From: Methanomassiliicoccaceae archaeon
GTDB taxonomy: Archaea > Thermoplasmatota > Thermoplasmata > Methanomassiliicoccales > Methanomassiliicoccaceae
Assembly: GCA_040776945.1 (NCBI GenBank)
Contig: JAXGZN010000001.1
Coordinates: forward strand, 32,001 to 96,000
Direction of reading: 5' to 3'
DNA: 64,000 nt
Under the pieces are notes generated by a model. The model saw only the letters and a list, made by a program, of their open reading frames with translations. It was not told the DNA's origin and searched no databases. Positions 61,797 to 64,000 of this stretch are shown here, in pieces. The position numbers were made by a program, and so were the translations under genes. How positions within the stretch are numbered: position 1 is the stretch's first letter; each line of letters opens with the position of its first letter.

Positions 61797-63311
61797 TTAG
61801 TAGTTCTTTATTTCCTGGTAGATGGACCCGTCGGGGTTCCTGATTACCGCTCTGAGGGGCATCTGCCCAGGCAGAGTGTGGGTGGCGCAGGAGTTGCAGG
61901 GGTCGTACGCCCTGTACGCCATCTCGATCTCGTTCAGGATGCCGTTGGAGATCTGCCAGTTCTTGATCAGTGCCTTCGCCGCTCTTCTGACGGACAGGTT
62001 GATCGGGGCGTTGTTGTTGGTCGTTCCGACGATCAGGTTCACATCGGTGGTTATGCCGTTCTTGTCCGCCACATAGTGGTGGATGAGAGTGCCCCTTGGG
62101 GCCTCCAGGGCGCCGATGCCTTCCCCAGGCTCCCCTGGCCGGGTCTGGATATCCTTGCTGGTGATCTCCGGGTCCTGCGACAGCTGGAGCATCAGCTCGG
62201 CCGCGTGGACCATCTCGATGACCCTGGCCCAGTGGAAGACCATGGTGTGGTGTACCGGTCCGGTGACGCCAAGTCCCTTGAAGAACTCCCTCATCTGCTG
62301 GTAGTAATCGTTAGCCAGCGGCGTAGTGAAGCCGGTCGAGGCGTTGATCCTGGCCAGCGGAGCGCATCTGTAAATGCCGCTCTGAGGTCCGTCGGAGAAC
62401 CCGTTCCAGCCGACCTTCTTCAGGAAGCAGAACTTCTGGTAGGACCAGGGCTCAACATGCTCCCCAATGTAGTCCAGGTACTTCTGGGGGTCGAACTTCC
62501 ACATCTCGTTGCCCTTCTGGTCGACGACCCTGATGTCGCCGTCGTAGAAGTTCACCTTGTTGTTCTTGTCCACCATGCCCATGTAGTACGTTTCATCGTA
62601 GTAGATGCCGGGGTTGGTGATCAGAGCGAGATAGTCCTGGTTCTTCAACACTATATCGTTCAGCAGTTGGGCGGTGAACTTGGTGAACTCCACGGTGGAC
62701 TTGGCCCAGGTCTCGATCTGCGCCCTCTGTTCCTCGGTGATCGGCTTGCTCATGCCGCCGGGTATCCCGCACACGGGGTGGGTGGCCTTGCCGCCCATCA
62801 TCTCCTGGGTCTTCTGGGCCCAGGAGCGGTGCTTGATGACCTCGGCTCCGATGGGCACACCTACCTTCTCAACGACGCCCAGGATGTTCCTCTTCTCCAC
62901 CGGGGCCATAGGGCCGAGCACGAAGTCGGCGGCCGCCAGGGCGTAGAAGTGAGCGATGTGGCTGTGCACGTAGTGAGCGGCATAGAAGAGCTCACGGAGC
63001 TTCTTCCCCGCAGGTGGGGGCTCTGCTTTGAACACCTTGTCGAGCGCCTTGGTCGAGCACATGTGGTGAGCGCCGGGACACACTCCGCACAGACGGGGGG
63101 TGATCTTGTTCAGCTCATCGACTGAGCGGCCGATGCAGAACTTCTCGAATCCCCTGAGCTCGGGAACCTGCCAATATGCGTTCGCCACATTGCCCTCGTC
63201 GTTAAGGAAGATCTCGATCTTCCCGTGACCCTCAAGCCTTGTGATGGGGTCGATGGTGATCCTCTTGGACTCGGACTTGTGGGTCGGTTCAGAAATTATT
63301 GGACCGGTCAT
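61797..63311 (-). CDS. mvhA: Methyl-viologen-reducing [NiFe] hydrogenase large subunit (group 3c)
   Basis: TRLEGH, RLCGVC, EAPRG, AYDPCNSCATH plus C-terminal maturation extension. Confidence 0.95.
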   Translation of the reverse strand: MTGPIISEPTHKSESKRITIDPITRLEGHGKIEIFLNDEGNVANAYWQVPELRGFEKFCIGRSVDELNKITPRLCGVCPGAHHMCSTKALDKVFKAEPPPAGKKLRELFYAAHYVHSHIAHFYALAAADFVLGPMAPVEKRNILGVVEKVGVPIGAEVIKHRSWAQKTQEMMGGKATHPVCGIPGGMSKPITEEQRAQIETWAKSTVEFTKFTAQLLNDIVLKNQDYLALITNPGIYYDETYYMGMVDKNNKVNFYDGDIRVVDQKGNEMWKFDPQKYLDYIGEHVEPWSYQKFCFLKKVGWNGFSDGPQSGIYRCAPLARINASTGFTTPLANDYYQQMREFFKGLGVTGPVHHTMVFHWARVIEMVHAAELMLQLSQDPEITSKDIQTRPGEPGEGIGALEAPRGTLIHHYVADKNGITTDVNLIVGTTNNNAPINLSVRRAAKALIKNWQISNGILNEIEMAYRAYDPCNSCATHTLPGQMPLRAVIRNPDGSIYQEIKNY

Positions 63312-64000
63312 TGCTTAACACCTGCCTTCTTCTCCTTCACTTTCCTCTTGATGATCGACTTGGGCATGGTGAACGCATAGAACGTTCCCAGCGGGTCCTT
63401 GATCTGCGTCATCAGCTCGAGGATGTCGTCCTCGCTGAGCTGGGTCTCGTTGTCCGCGGTCCTGAAGATAGATGCCAGGGCGCTCAGCATCGAACCTCCC
63501 TGGTCTAGGACGGCCGCGGTCGGGCCCATGCACCCGCGGCATGGCTGATTCGCATCAAGGCACTTCGCTCCGCACCCGGCCCGGGTGGCCGGTCCGAGGC
63601 AGATGACCCCTTGCTCCAGCATGCACTTCTTCGGGTCGATGTCGATCTCGTAGGGCATGTTGATCTTCTCTATGGTGGTGACCTCCTTGGTCCTGCCGCA
63701 CTCATCGCAAAGGGTCTTCTCAGAAGCGATCACAGCGCCCTTGGGGGGCAGAGGGGCTCCTTCCTTGACGTGCTTCTCCACGATGTCCAGGAACTGATTG
63801 ATCTGTTCGGTGGTGGGCGGGCAGCCGGGCATGTAGTAGTCTACATCGACGACGTCCTCGAGGGTGAGAACGGTATCGTACATGACCGGCAGCGTCAGCT
63901 CGCCCTCGGGGGCCTGGTATTTGGGCAGAGGCCGGGTGCGGTTCGGGTTGACGGTCGAGAACGTCGTGTTGTAGACATAGTCCTGGAGGTCCTTCTTGTT
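63308..64000 (-). CDS. mvhG: [NiFe] hydrogenase small subunit (5' partial)
   Basis: YMPGCPP, LCDECGR, C.LEQG..CLGPATRAGCGAKC....PCRGC; frame open to the window edge. Confidence 0.93.
   Translation of the reverse strand, partial: NKKDLQDYVYNTTFSTVNPNRTRPLPKYQAPEGELTLPVMYDTVLTLEDVVDVDYYMPGCPPTTEQINQFLDIVEKHVKEGAPLPPKGAVIASEKTLCDECGRTKEVTTIEKINMPYEIDIDPKKCMLEQGVICLGPATRAGCGAKCLDANQPCRGCMGPTAAVLDQGGSMLSALASIFRTADNETQLSEDDILELMTQIKDPLGTFYAFTMPKSIIKRKVKEKKAGVKQ

Noticed and set aside
61797-63311. Selenocysteine [NiFeSe] hydrogenase
   Set aside because: The C-terminal motif is DPCNSC with Cys codons; no in-frame TGA

Overview
A mostly housekeeping stretch of a high-GC archaeal chromosome, most likely a Methanomassiliicoccales methanogen (Thermoplasmata). 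This rests on the 16S sequence, the unlinked 16S, 5S and tRNA-Ala genes, mvhGA, PolD DP2 and the TRAM-fused aIF-2beta. Translation and transcription genes: rps11-rpoD, rps12-rps7-EF2-EF1A-rps10, rps8e-srp19, an aSelBL-like factor, tRNA-modification genes (tgtA, pcc1, mtaB) and three tRNAs (Ala-UGC, Gln-UUG, Ser-GCU). Other genes: DP2, XPD, ilvD, pyrG, nnr, SOD, rubredoxin, three MFS transporters, a DUF47-PiT pair, and a lower-GC five-gene Opp/Nik-family ABC operon just after the 16S gene. No CRISPR array, transposase or integrase is visible. No single unmistakable new multi-gene system stands out. The best leads are a C4HC3 PHD/RING-like finger protein, a ModE-type wHTH-Nudix fusion in a regulator/sensor/SOD block, a NikR-like operator on the ABC operon, and heavy use of TAG as a stop codon in a typically pyrrolysine-using order. 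Also notable are a phage-family-like protein next to aSelBL, a three-class protease cluster, and an unannotated frameshifted pseudogene. All family assignments come from motif recognition by eye; no searches were run.
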